Assembly: GCA_041483895.1 (NCBI GenBank)
Contig: JBGPGO010000011.1
Span: forward strand, 64,001 to 128,000
Direction of reading: 5' to 3'
Source of the DNA: Fimbriimonadia bacterium
Lineage (GTDB): Bacteria > Armatimonadota > Fimbriimonadia > Fimbriimonadales > JABRVX01
DNA: 64,000 nt
Shown here: piece after piece, positions 19,051 through 28,051 of the stretch
Layout: each line of letters opens with the position of its first letter
Numbering within the stretch: the first letter of the stretch is position 1
The notes under the pieces: generated by a model
The model's input: the letters and a program-made list of their open reading frames with translations, nothing else
Told to the model about the DNA's origin: nothing
Database searches by the model: none
Made by a program: the position numbers and the translations under genes

Positions 19051-22029
19051 TCAGGGCGATTGCCCCTTCATCAGGTAGTCGATGAGAGCCTGGTACATGT
19101 AGTCCGGCTTATTGAACGACGGCATCTGGGTTCCCGGGCTCACCGCTTGCGGGTCCTTCAGGAACCGGAACATCCAGTCCCGCTTCAGCCTCGCCGGTAC
19201 GAGGCCCAGGTCAGGGCCGAGTTTCTTGACGTCGCCCCCAACCACCATCTGCTTTCCGCCGACCGGATGACAGCTTTGGCACTTCAGATCGGCGAAGTAC
19301 TTGACCCCCGCAACGGCCAACGGATACACCAACTGTTCCGGCGGCGTGTACTCATAAGGTTCCGGCTGGTTGGACAGAGCCATCAGATACTCGGAAAGCT
19401 TCGTCGCCTCGGCATCGCTCAAGCGGAAATCGGGCATGCGGGCGTCTTGCCACCAACGTATTCGAAAGGGCCGTTTCAGGAACTTGAAAAGCCAGATGGG
19501 CTGAACGCGCTCTCCCTCCCTGGTCAGTTCCGGGCCTATTTTTCCTCCCTGGCCCGAGAATGTGTGACAGGCTGTGCAATCGTGTTGTGCGACGAGCCGA
19601 GCGCCCGCCACCAGTGGCGAATTCTCGTCCGCCATGCCCTGTTTATATTCGAGCGGCAGCTCTTGGGAGGTCAGCGAGAGCAGGTAGACCGCGATTGCGT
19701 TCACTGCGGCGGAATCGAGCCCAAACTTCGGCATGCGCGCCTTGAACTTGTCGGTGTCAAACGTCTTTGGATCCTTTATCTTGGCGAGCATCCAATCGTA
19801 CGTCGTTCGTTTGACCCCCTTGGCGTTGCCGAACTCCAGTAGGTCCGGTGTCTTGTCGCCCACGTGGGTAAGATCGGGCGCGGCCATCTTATAGAATCCC
19901 CGGATGTCGTGGCAGCCGGCGCATCCCTTATCGGCGACTAACTTGGCGCCGGCCTCGGCAGCGACGGTGTCGCGAAAGTCGAGGGGCAGGCCACGTCTCG
20001 CCGGCATATCACTTCCCAGCGAGAGCAGGTAGTCGCCTATCAAGACGCATTCATCGCTCGTCAGACCGAACACCGGCATTCTGCCATTCGGTAGATAGGC
20101 CTTGGGATTCTGGAGCCATGCGTAGAGCCAATCGGGCCGAACCTTTCGGCGCAGATTCGTAAGTTCGGGGCCGACAGTCGCTCCCTGGCCGAGTATCGTG
20201 TGGCATCCCATGCATCCCAACGTCTTGACCAATCGTTGTCCCGCCGCCAACCGCTCGGGGGACGGCGTGGGCATGGTGATCGGTCTCTGGTTGGCGCTTG
20301 TCAAGCCCTGTTGGGTGAGCAGGTAGGTCGCCACTTCCCTCGCTTGCTCGTCGCTAAGACCCAGGTTCGGCATTCGGGCATCCAGCGAGTGGGACTTGGG
20401 GTCTTTGACCCATGGCGCCAGCCATTCGGGCCTCAGCTTCTCGGCGACTCGGTCCAAAGCCGGGCCGCGTTTCGTCGTGGGCAGACCAAGGGCCTCCACC
20501 TTGTGGCAGCCGATACAGCCTGAAGCCTGGAAGAGCTGTGAACCCTCCAAGTACGTACTTTCGCCGACCAGTTGCCTAGAGTCTCCGTGGCACTTTCCAC
20601 AGGATGCCTGTACGGTCTCGCCATACAGAAGCGGCCTACCTTTTCCGACCAATTCCCCGTGCGCCTCGGACCGAGAAAGCGGCGTACCCCAACCGCCATG
20701 ACACGTGACGCACCCGAACCTCTCGACGGGATGCCACTGAAGCATCTTGACCGGGTGCGATCGGAACGGCTCCGGTGCGTTCTGGAACGCGGGATTATCA
20801 ATCGCCAAGTGACAGGTCGTGCAGCGGTCGGTGGTTCCGAGCCGCTCGCAGTAGATCTGCTGGACCTCGCGACCCCCGTTCCTGTTCCTCTCAAGGCGAC
20901 CTTCCACCAGTCGCAGGTCTCGCCGCACCGTGGCGACATATTCATCCAACTTCCGCTTCGATTCCTGAAGGCGTTGGTTTTCCTCCGGCGTCCGGCCGTC
21001 GGCCTCGGTCTTGTTGAGCTCCACCACATCTCGGGCCCACCGGGCCATCTGGGCGGCGGCCTTTACGTCGCCCTTTGCGCTTTCGACCTTCACTCCCGCA
21101 AGCGCACTGACGAGCGATTGTTGGGCCTCCTTCAGTTGCAGATCTGCCAGGTTCCGCTCCGCGGTGGCTTCGGACGGAAGCCCGATCATTTCCCTGCTGT
21201 GAAGGCGTTCCGATACCAGCAGATTGCGTCTGGCCGCCTCAACGCTCGAGTCGGCTTCGTCCACGTTCACTTGGATGTTTGCTTCTTCGAACGTGAGGCT
21301 CAGGTCCTCCGGTGCTTTGGCGTTGGGATAGGTGGTCTCGGTCTCGGGTTGGGTAGCTGCAGGCGCCTGAGAGCCTTTCGGGGCTTTCGAATCCTTGAAC
21401 TCCTTGTCAAGCTCGTCCATCTCCTTGGAATTCGCTTGCTGCGCGCCCCCCGGAGTACTCCCCCCTTTGCGCTCGCCTTGGCCTGCAGTCTTGTCATTGG
21501 GAGCTGGAGCGAGTTTGGGAGGTTGTCCTCCGACAGCCCCATTGCCTGAGGAGCTCTTATCTTGAGCGAACTCCTTGTCGAGCTCATCTAGCTCGCTCTT
21601 GGAGGCAGGCGCCGCGTTGGTCGCAGCCCCCGAAACTGTCTTAGGTTCAGTTCCGCCCTCACCGCTCGCGGACCCTTTGGATTGCACTCGCAATTCCGCC
21701 TCACCGAGATCGGCGTCAACCGCTTCCAGCTCTCCGGAAGCTTGGTCGAACGCTGCTTGCTCGACCAGATAGCGTTTCTTGGCAACGAGATAGTCGCCGA
21801 CGTAGTCGGGGTGCTGGAGTTTCCTGAGCAACTCAGCCCGTTGCGACAGAAGAATCTTGCGTTCAAGCACCGCGAAGCGATCCGCATATCTGATCCATTC
21901 CGGATGGGTGTCCACCCACATGGAGATGCCCATGACGATCATCACAAGGACACTGGTGACGAGAAACACGAGGTTCATCTTGAGGCTAGTCTGCGAGGGT
22001 CGCGGCCGTCCTCTCACTGCCACGGCCAT
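19051..22029 (-). CDS. Membrane-anchored octaheme cytochrome c of a Rieske/cytb complex
   Basis: Eight CXXCH motifs (CTTCH, CVTCH, CGKCH, CIGCH, CMGCH, CAGCH, CTACH, CQSCH); the last five are class-I domains with distal RMP/QMP Met; one N-terminal TM helix; start ATG 22029 overlaps the upstream gene end. Confidence 0.9.
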   Translation of the reverse strand: MAVAVRGRPRPSQTSLKMNLVFLVTSVLVMIVMGISMWVDTHPEWIRYADRFAVLERKILLSQRAELLRKLQHPDYVGDYLVAKKRYLVEQAAFDQASGELEAVDADLGEAELRVQSKGSASGEGGTEPKTVSGAATNAAPASKSELDELDKEFAQDKSSSGNGAVGGQPPKLAPAPNDKTAGQGERKGGSTPGGAQQANSKEMDELDKEFKDSKAPKGSQAPAATQPETETTYPNAKAPEDLSLTFEEANIQVNVDEADSSVEAARRNLLVSERLHSREMIGLPSEATAERNLADLQLKEAQQSLVSALAGVKVESAKGDVKAAAQMARWARDVVELNKTEADGRTPEENQRLQESKRKLDEYVATVRRDLRLVEGRLERNRNGGREVQQIYCERLGTTDRCTTCHLAIDNPAFQNAPEPFRSHPVKMLQWHPVERFGCVTCHGGWGTPLSRSEAHGELVGKGRPLLYGETVQASCGKCHGDSRQLVGESTYLEGSQLFQASGCIGCHKVEALGLPTTKRGPALDRVAEKLRPEWLAPWVKDPKSHSLDARMPNLGLSDEQAREVATYLLTQQGLTSANQRPITMPTPSPERLAAGQRLVKTLGCMGCHTILGQGATVGPELTNLRRKVRPDWLYAWLQNPKAYLPNGRMPVFGLTSDECVLIGDYLLSLGSDMPARRGLPLDFRDTVAAEAGAKLVADKGCAGCHDIRGFYKMAAPDLTHVGDKTPDLLEFGNAKGVKRTTYDWMLAKIKDPKTFDTDKFKARMPKFGLDSAAVNAIAVYLLSLTSQELPLEYKQGMADENSPLVAGARLVAQHDCTACHTFSGQGGKIGPELTREGERVQPIWLFKFLKRPFRIRWWQDARMPDFRLSDAEATKLSEYLMALSNQPEPYEYTPPEQLVYPLAVAGVKYFADLKCQSCHPVGGKQMVVGGDVKKLGPDLGLVPARLKRDWMFRFLKDPQAVSPGTQMPSFNKPDYMYQALIDYLMKGQSP

Positions 22030-22721
22030 ACCCACTTCCATTCCGGACCACGGAAGTACACTCCTATGAGAACCAACACCGTCAACATCAGTACAAACGT
22101 AACGAACCATCGTCTGCGAGCCCGTTCGACGCGTTTCTCATCGTCGAACATCGGACTTAGGACCAGTTTCGACAGAAGCAATGCGCTGACGATGAGCAGG
22201 ATGAAAGTTGGAATTCCATAGACCCTAATCGCGTCGGCGAAATCCGGTGCGACGGTGTGAATCCCGTTCCAGATGAGCCCGTCGACCGTCGGCACGGCGA
22301 CCGTGGCGATGAGAAACCCGATGGGCAACAGCACCATCCTCCCGCGGAAGAACGGTATCGCGCAGGCGGTAAAAACGAGCAGACCCGGCACGACCACACC
22401 GGCGATGAATGGCGGCGAATAATGCAGAAGCTCCTGGAGCGAGAGGAAGTACCATGGCGCCTTCGCTGGATTCGGAGTCTTTCCCGGATTGGCGAGTTCC
22501 TCGAGCGGCGAGGCAAAAAGGAATGACACGAGAAGCAGGGCCGCGAACATCAACCCGAACGCCAGGAACTCCCGCGCGACGAGATGCGGATATGTGCTGA
22601 CTCGATCATCGTCCTGTTCGACCGTGTGCGGCGGCCTGCCCTCTATGAACCCGAGAATGCCGTATTCCTTGCCCTCCGATGGGTGCACGGAAGAGGTGTT
22701 ATCCTCGCCAGATTGCGTCAT
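22014..22721 (-). CDS. Cytochrome b6 subunit IV / cytochrome b C-terminal subunit
   Basis: TYPHLVARE, PLEELANPGKTPNPAKAPWYF (PEWY equivalent), C-terminal YFRGPEW; ATGA overlap with cyt b. Confidence 0.88.
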   Translation of the reverse strand: MTQSGEDNTSSVHPSEGKEYGILGFIEGRPPHTVEQDDDRVSTYPHLVAREFLAFGLMFAALLLVSFLFASPLEELANPGKTPNPAKAPWYFLSLQELLHYSPPFIAGVVVPGLLVFTACAIPFFRGRMVLLPIGFLIATVAVPTVDGLIWNGIHTVAPDFADAIRVYGIPTFILLIVSALLLSKLVLSPMFDDEKRVERARRRWFVTFVLMLTVLVLIGVYFRGPEWKWVWPWQ

Positions 22722-23572
22722 TCAAGTCCCCCCGAGAAACCGTCCTTGCGGACGCGCCAGAAATGGTAGGCCATGAGGACAAACACAGCGATCGGCAAGA
22801 AGATGACATGAAACACGTAGAACCGGATCAACGTCGGTTGGTCCACCGAGAAGCCGCCGAGAAGGACGTACCGGACTTTATCTCCGACCGCCGGGATCGC
22901 GCCGGCCATGTTCGTGCCGACCGTGATGGCCCAGTACGCAAGTTGATCCCATGGGAGCAGATACCCAGTGAAGCTCAGCAACATCGTGAGAACCAGCAGC
23001 ACCACGCCGACGACCCAATTCAACTGCCGAGGCGCCTCGTACGCCTTCTGCAGGAATACACGAAGCATATGGAGGCACACCACAATCACCATGGCGTTTG
23101 CCCCCCACCGGTGCATGTTCCGGAGTATCTGACCTAGAGACACGACGTTTCCCAGATCCACCATGTCTTTGTAGGCGTGATCGACCGAGGGCACATAGAA
23201 GAACATGAGCAGGACGCCGGTGACCGTCAGGATGAAGAACAGTCCTGCCGCCAAGCCTCCCAGCCCATAGGTGCAAGAGAACCTGAGGGCGCCTCGACTG
23301 ATCGTTGCCGGGTGCAAGTGCATCCAAGAACTGGTGATCGCGATTTCGGACTGTTCCTTTGGGGTCAACGGGAACGGCTTGGGAAATGCGCACTCCCAGG
23401 CCGTGGAACGGACGATGTCGTTGCGGGCCGCGTTCAGGAAACCCAACGAAAACAGGGTTCGAACCTTACCGAACCACCGCTTGTCAGCTAACTGCCGGCC
23501 CGACTCGGTTTGGGCCCAGGCGCCAGACAGCTTGCGCCACACTCTTCTCTCGTGAACCTGATCGGCGCTCAT
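22718..23572 (-). CDS. Cytochrome b6-type (split) cytochrome b N-terminal subunit
   Basis: Heme b ligands HRWGANAMVIVVCLH and FHVIFLPIAVFVLMAYH (b6-type spacing); SFTGYLLPWDQLAYWA. Confidence 0.92.
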   Translation of the reverse strand: MSADQVHERRVWRKLSGAWAQTESGRQLADKRWFGKVRTLFSLGFLNAARNDIVRSTAWECAFPKPFPLTPKEQSEIAITSSWMHLHPATISRGALRFSCTYGLGGLAAGLFFILTVTGVLLMFFYVPSVDHAYKDMVDLGNVVSLGQILRNMHRWGANAMVIVVCLHMLRVFLQKAYEAPRQLNWVVGVVLLVLTMLLSFTGYLLPWDQLAYWAITVGTNMAGAIPAVGDKVRYVLLGGFSVDQPTLIRFYVFHVIFLPIAVFVLMAYHFWRVRKDGFSGGLE

Positions 23573-24039
23573 GTTCGAAAAGTTTCCCGGTTAGAGAGTG
23601 TTGTCCTCTTGTCCACAATCAACTCCCCACCGGGGCCAAGCGATAGTTCATAGACAGCAAGTGGTTTTGGCGCGGGACCAGCGTAATTCTTACCGTTCTC
23701 ACGATAGCGGCTTCCGTGGCAGGGGCAGAAGAACCCAGTTCCCGAGGCGTCCGTCCGAACCGTACATCCCAGATGAGTGCACACCGACGAAAGCGCAAGG
23801 AACGAATTGCCGTCCCGAACGATGAACACCTTCTGGTCTTCTATATACGTAGCCGTCTTGTCGGGAAAATCCTGAGGCATCCCGGCCTTGAACCGCAGAG
23901 GCTTCCCGAACTGGACGTTCGGGATGAACGAACGGATGGATCCCAGCACAATCAGCGCCACGGAGACGAGGAACGTGATAAGCCCGCCCAGAAAGAACCT
24001 ACGTGACCACTGCTCTTCCCTTTGTGTGTCAAACGGCAC
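23569..24039 (-). CDS. Rieske [2Fe-2S] protein
   Basis: Tat-like SRRFFLGG plus TM helix; CTHLGC, CPCHGSRY, GPAPKPL. Confidence 0.93.
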   Translation of the reverse strand: MPFDTQREEQWSRRFFLGGLITFLVSVALIVLGSIRSFIPNVQFGKPLRFKAGMPQDFPDKTATYIEDQKVFIVRDGNSFLALSSVCTHLGCTVRTDASGTGFFCPCHGSRYRENGKNYAGPAPKPLAVYELSLGPGGELIVDKRTTLSNRETFRT

Positions 24040-25882
24040 GCTGCGCCTCTTCGAATCGTCCCATCCACATGGCGTCGACCGGACATCGTTCGATGCACAA
24101 TCCGCATCGCGTGCATTTTTCCTCGTCCTTCAGCATGACGGACCAACTACCGCCAGTTTCTTTGGACTCGTTCGACATTTCGTCAATAGAAAGTCCATGT
24201 TTGGCTTGGGCGAATTCAGCAACCTTCGAATCGGCATCAATCCTGTCGATGGAGACGATCTTGAGGCATCCGAAGGGACAAATGTCCACGCATCCGCCGC
24301 ACAACACACATTTGGCCGAATCCAGCATAGGGCTGCGGTTGCACTGAAGGCAGCGAGCCGCTTCCGCAACCGCCTGTTCCCGGGTGTAACCCGTTTCCAC
24401 CTCGCTGACCCCGGTTCGTCGGTCCAGCGAAATCGTCGGCACCAAATGGCGCGCCACTCTGTCATACTTTTCCGGCATTTGGTGCATCGGCAATCGAATG
24501 AGACGGGGCCGCTCGGTTTCCTCGTCACTTGGGGCCTGTCCCGACAAGTAGTGATAGATCGCCATTGCTGCCCTGCGACCGTCGGCGATGGCTTCGATGG
24601 CGGTCCGGGCGCCGAACACCACATCTCCGCCGACATACACGCCAGGAACGTTGGTCGCCATCGTTTTTGGCGACGCGTTGACGAAACCGGCAGGTGTCAT
24701 GTCCAACTTGACGTCGTCACCTAAGAACGAAAGGTCCGGCAGTTGCCCTACGGCGAGCAGCACCGTGTCGCATTCGAACAGTTCTTCCGTTCCGTGATCA
24801 AACGTCGGAGCGAAACGGCCTGCCTGATCGAAGACCGATGAGCACCGGACCGTCTCCAAACCGATACACTTGCCGTTGGCCGAGAGAATTCTCGTGGGGC
24901 CACGGGAGTTGTGAATGACGATACCCTCCCGAACGGTTTCGGCGATCTCTTCCTCATGGGCAGGCATCTCTTCCTCGGATTCGAGGCACACCATATGAAC
25001 CTCGGGGGCCCCCATACGGCGCGCCGCCCGCGCGACATCCAGCGCGGCGCCATAGCTCTTGTCGCCGGCGAAATCGATTCCCGCCTCGCGGGCCGCGGTA
25101 CGGGCCACGTCAACGGCGACATTGCCGCCTCCGATGACGACGACCTTCTTCCCGATCTCGACCTTATAGCCCAGATTAACGTTCAGCAGGAAGTCAATGC
25201 CGTTGATCACGCCGTCGGCGTCGACCCCGTCAATCCGCAACTGGCGCCCTTTCTGGGCGCCGACGGCCAGAAACACGGCTTGATAATCATGAAGCAGATC
25301 GGCGAAATTGATCTGCTCTCCGACACGGGTATTCGTCCGGATCTCAACGCCTTTGAGAAGGTTCTCAATCTCTTCCAGGAGCGCGGCTCTCGGAAGGCGG
25401 TATTCCGGTATGCCGAGAAACAGCATGCCACCGAGCTTCTCGGTTGCTTCGAACAGCGTGACTTCGTAGCCCAGCAGCGTAAGATCATGGGCGGCAGTGA
25501 CGCCGCTGGGACCTGCGCCGATGACAGCGACTCGCTTGTTCTGCTTCGGGTGGCGACGAAAATCGCCTCCGGTCCTTCGGCCTCCGGAGGCAAAGTCCAT
25601 GGCGGCTCTTTTCAACGCTCGGATAGAAAGTGGGGCGTCATGACACCCCCTGCGGCAGGCCGTCTCGCAGGGATGGCCGCAAATCCGCGCGCAAATATTT
25701 ACGAACGGATTTGGCTGGCTTGCGATGTCGTAGGCCGCATCAAAATCCCCCGATGCAATGGCTTCGATATACCCCTGCGCGTTCGTATGAACGGGACACG
25801 CAGCACGGCAATTCACAGTCTTTCGAAGCCAGCCTGCGTCAACCAACATCGCCTTGTATCTTTTACCGACGGCTTGTCCCAT
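24029..25882 (-). CDS. FAD-dependent NAD(P)H oxidoreductase (GltD/NfnB/DPD-like) with C-terminal 2x[4Fe-4S] ferredoxin domain
   Basis: CRAACP and CARICGHPCETAC Fe-S motifs; GAGPSG (FAD); GGGNVAVD (NAD(P)H); RCLQC, CVLCGGCVDICP, CTRCGLCIERCP; no signal peptide. Confidence 0.9.
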   Translation of the reverse strand: MGQAVGKRYKAMLVDAGWLRKTVNCRAACPVHTNAQGYIEAIASGDFDAAYDIASQPNPFVNICARICGHPCETACRRGCHDAPLSIRALKRAAMDFASGGRRTGGDFRRHPKQNKRVAVIGAGPSGVTAAHDLTLLGYEVTLFEATEKLGGMLFLGIPEYRLPRAALLEEIENLLKGVEIRTNTRVGEQINFADLLHDYQAVFLAVGAQKGRQLRIDGVDADGVINGIDFLLNVNLGYKVEIGKKVVVIGGGNVAVDVARTAAREAGIDFAGDKSYGAALDVARAARRMGAPEVHMVCLESEEEMPAHEEEIAETVREGIVIHNSRGPTRILSANGKCIGLETVRCSSVFDQAGRFAPTFDHGTEELFECDTVLLAVGQLPDLSFLGDDVKLDMTPAGFVNASPKTMATNVPGVYVGGDVVFGARTAIEAIADGRRAAMAIYHYLSGQAPSDEETERPRLIRLPMHQMPEKYDRVARHLVPTISLDRRTGVSEVETGYTREQAVAEAARCLQCNRSPMLDSAKCVLCGGCVDICPFGCLKIVSIDRIDADSKVAEFAQAKHGLSIDEMSNESKETGGSWSVMLKDEEKCTRCGLCIERCPVDAMWMGRFEEAQRAV

Positions 25883-25889
25883 TGTTCAT

Positions 25890-27275
25890 TTAGAACGCGA
25901 AGCTAAACACCAACCCAAGCGCATTGTTCTTCCCTCCCGCATTCAGATCTTTGGTGTACTCTAGGCCCGCCCAGAAATTCGTCCTCAAATAGTAGGTGAC
26001 GTTGGCCGTGATTGCTTTGCTGAACAACCCTGAGTTCGCTGGGGCATCCAATAAGCTGCCGCCGTTGACGCGGTTGTATTTCAGCACGGCCATCGCCCGT
26101 TGTCCGATCACGCGGTCGAGCTCTATGAAATAGCCGTGCCAATTGACCTTCTCGCCGGTATCGAGCGGATTGTCCGCGCTCCCGGAGAGGTAGCTTGCCA
26201 GCAGGTTATACTGCTTGATCTTCATGCCGGGCGTCTTCTCAATCAGTTCGCCGAAGCTGATGCTGAGATCGACGCCGCCCATTCGGTAACTGTTGGTGGC
26301 GCCCGACTCCACCGTGGTCCGTCCGGCGAAGCCGACAAGACCGATGAAGGAGTCTCCGCCAAAATAGGCATTCAGTCGCGCAGAAAAGTCCCCGGCATCC
26401 CGTGCTGTGGCGCCACCGGCGCCGTTACTGTTGTAGAAACCGACCTCCCATAGGAAGCCCACCAGCGTGTTCATTGGGTCGGCTTCTTCCATTTCCGCCT
26501 TCTCCTTACCTTGGTCCTTACCTTGGTCCTTCGTGGGCTCGACGGAAGCTCCAGTGGAGTCGGAACCGTTGGAGTCACCCACATCCGGCTTTTCATTGTC
26601 TCCGCTAGGCTTGCTGTGGATCAGCTCCTTGCTCACAGACGAACCGAACGTGCCGAATAACCGCACACCCTGATGCTCTTCGGCAAGATTGACGCCGCCG
26701 AGGTCCAAGTCCTGCAAACTATAGCCGGAGCGCGTGAACAGGTCGTGCTCAGTGACGCCGTGCTCAACAGGATCCAACTTGCCGACTTGCAAGTTGGCAT
26801 CGGTTCCACCAAGGTAGGTTGCGATCAGAGAAACCTTCCCAACATCGGTCCCCCCGTCCTCTGTGGACACTTCGCCAAAGAATCCCAAGTCGGGGGCGAT
26901 GGAATCCGCCGCGAAGATTCGGAAAGCCCATGGGCTTTCAATGCTTGTGGGCGTCTGGTTGCCGTTGACGCTTCGATCAAGATTGAGGTCATTCTCTACA
27001 AGGATCGCAACCGGTATCTGATCCAACAAGCTCAGATTCTTGTCCTCGGGAATGGGTACCTTATTGACAGACCTGTCACCGGGCTGCTGGTAGCCATGAA
27101 GCTGAAAGTTCTTTCCAAATGCGTTCAGCTTCGGAACCGCCGTGTGGCAACGCAAACAGGTCGTTTTGTATTTTCTTGCGAAATACGGGATCGCGATCGC
27201 CTTCTGGAGCACTACTGCTTCACCAACTAACAACGTGGCCAGCGTGAGCCAAGCCACCTTTGATCTACAATACAT
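25890..27275 (-). CDS. cyc2: Cyc2-like fused monoheme cytochrome c / outer-membrane porin
   Basis: Signal peptide then IPYFARKYKTTCLRCHTAVPKLNAFG, matching the Cyc2 PxFAR[Q/K][T/Y]-CxxCH-PxL signature; alternating beta-strand pattern ending in terminal Phe (LVFSFAF). Confidence 0.78.
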   Translation of the reverse strand: MYCRSKVAWLTLATLLVGEAVVLQKAIAIPYFARKYKTTCLRCHTAVPKLNAFGKNFQLHGYQQPGDRSVNKVPIPEDKNLSLLDQIPVAILVENDLNLDRSVNGNQTPTSIESPWAFRIFAADSIAPDLGFFGEVSTEDGGTDVGKVSLIATYLGGTDANLQVGKLDPVEHGVTEHDLFTRSGYSLQDLDLGGVNLAEEHQGVRLFGTFGSSVSKELIHSKPSGDNEKPDVGDSNGSDSTGASVEPTKDQGKDQGKEKAEMEEADPMNTLVGFLWEVGFYNSNGAGGATARDAGDFSARLNAYFGGDSFIGLVGFAGRTTVESGATNSYRMGGVDLSISFGELIEKTPGMKIKQYNLLASYLSGSADNPLDTGEKVNWHGYFIELDRVIGQRAMAVLKYNRVNGGSLLDAPANSGLFSKAITANVTYYLRTNFWAGLEYTKDLNAGGKNNALGLVFSFAF

Positions 27276-27364
27276 ATCCTTCTCCTATCCCGAAATGCGG
27301 ATATCGCTTAACATTGGTCCGTGCGCGACCCGCCACCATCGAAAGGGCGGTCACGACACTTCTC

Positions 27365-27970
27365 CTAGGACACTTTGAATACCACCTTGGCCTCTCCTGA
27401 AGCCGGCACCTGCACCGTCTGGGTGGCAGCTGTGAAGTCTGGGTGCCAGACCTTGATCGTGTAGTTGCCCGGGGGAACGTTGGAAATTTTGAACAGACCT
27501 TTGTCATTGGTCACATCGAAAAATGGGTTGGGCAATATCACAATGTATGCCTTCATGTTTGCGTGGATGTGACACCGAATGGGCACGACGCCAATCTTGT
27601 CGAAGGTCACTTCAGACGAGTCGCCCTTCTTGGTTTGACTGACGTTGAAAGTTTTCGTACGCGAGCTTGAGAAAATGTTGTGAAAGAACGGATCTGAATT
27701 GTTAAAGTGAACTTTCGTACCCTTCATAATCGCCAAGACATGCGGGGCGAATTCCTTGTTCTTTTGATTCATATTGGCCCCCCGAGAGGACGGCGAGAAA
27801 GAGCCGGGGACTTCAGTCAGACTAACAACCGCAAATGGGACGCGTGTGGCGGTGCTTCCTTTGACGGATTCGACCATGCCGATAATATCGCCGTTCGCAT
27901 TGGCAATTGTAGTGGCCGCAAGCGCCAGTACAGCCGTAAGTGGAAAATAGAGCTTTTTCGGATGGAACAT
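27365..27970 (-). CDS. Periplasmic cupredoxin-domain protein with carboxypeptidase-regulatory-like Ig domain
   Basis: Signal peptide; type-1 Cu ligands FHNIFS ... CHIHANM; C-terminal NVPPGNYTIKVWHP; GAGGAGG RBS. Confidence 0.8.
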   Translation of the reverse strand: MFHPKKLYFPLTAVLALAATTIANANGDIIGMVESVKGSTATRVPFAVVSLTEVPGSFSPSSRGANMNQKNKEFAPHVLAIMKGTKVHFNNSDPFFHNIFSSSRTKTFNVSQTKKGDSSEVTFDKIGVVPIRCHIHANMKAYIVILPNPFFDVTNDKGLFKISNVPPGNYTIKVWHPDFTAATQTVQVPASGEAKVVFKVS

Positions 27971-27992
27971 TACAATGATACCTCCTCAAGTT

Positions 27993-28051
27993 GCACATAT
28001 TGTTTGTGCGGTCGCGCCGAGGGCAAGCGTAAATTGTCTTACGACGTTGCC
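27993..28051. promoter_or_regulatory. Two palindromes upstream of the respiratory operon (candidate operators)
   Basis: GCACA-N7-TGTGC at 27993-28009; GGCAA.CGTAA-ATTGTC-TTACG...TTGCC at 28022-28051. Confidence 0.35.

Noticed and set aside
19051..22029. Hydroxylamine oxidoreductase / octaheme nitrite reductase call
   Set aside because: Heme spacing shows a three-heme cluster plus five separate His/Met class-I domains, not HAO/ONR packing; no evidence for anammox metabolism.
22030..22110. Longer start for the multiheme cytochrome
   Set aside because: It would overlap subunit IV by about 100 nt; ATG 22029 (or 21978) fits better.
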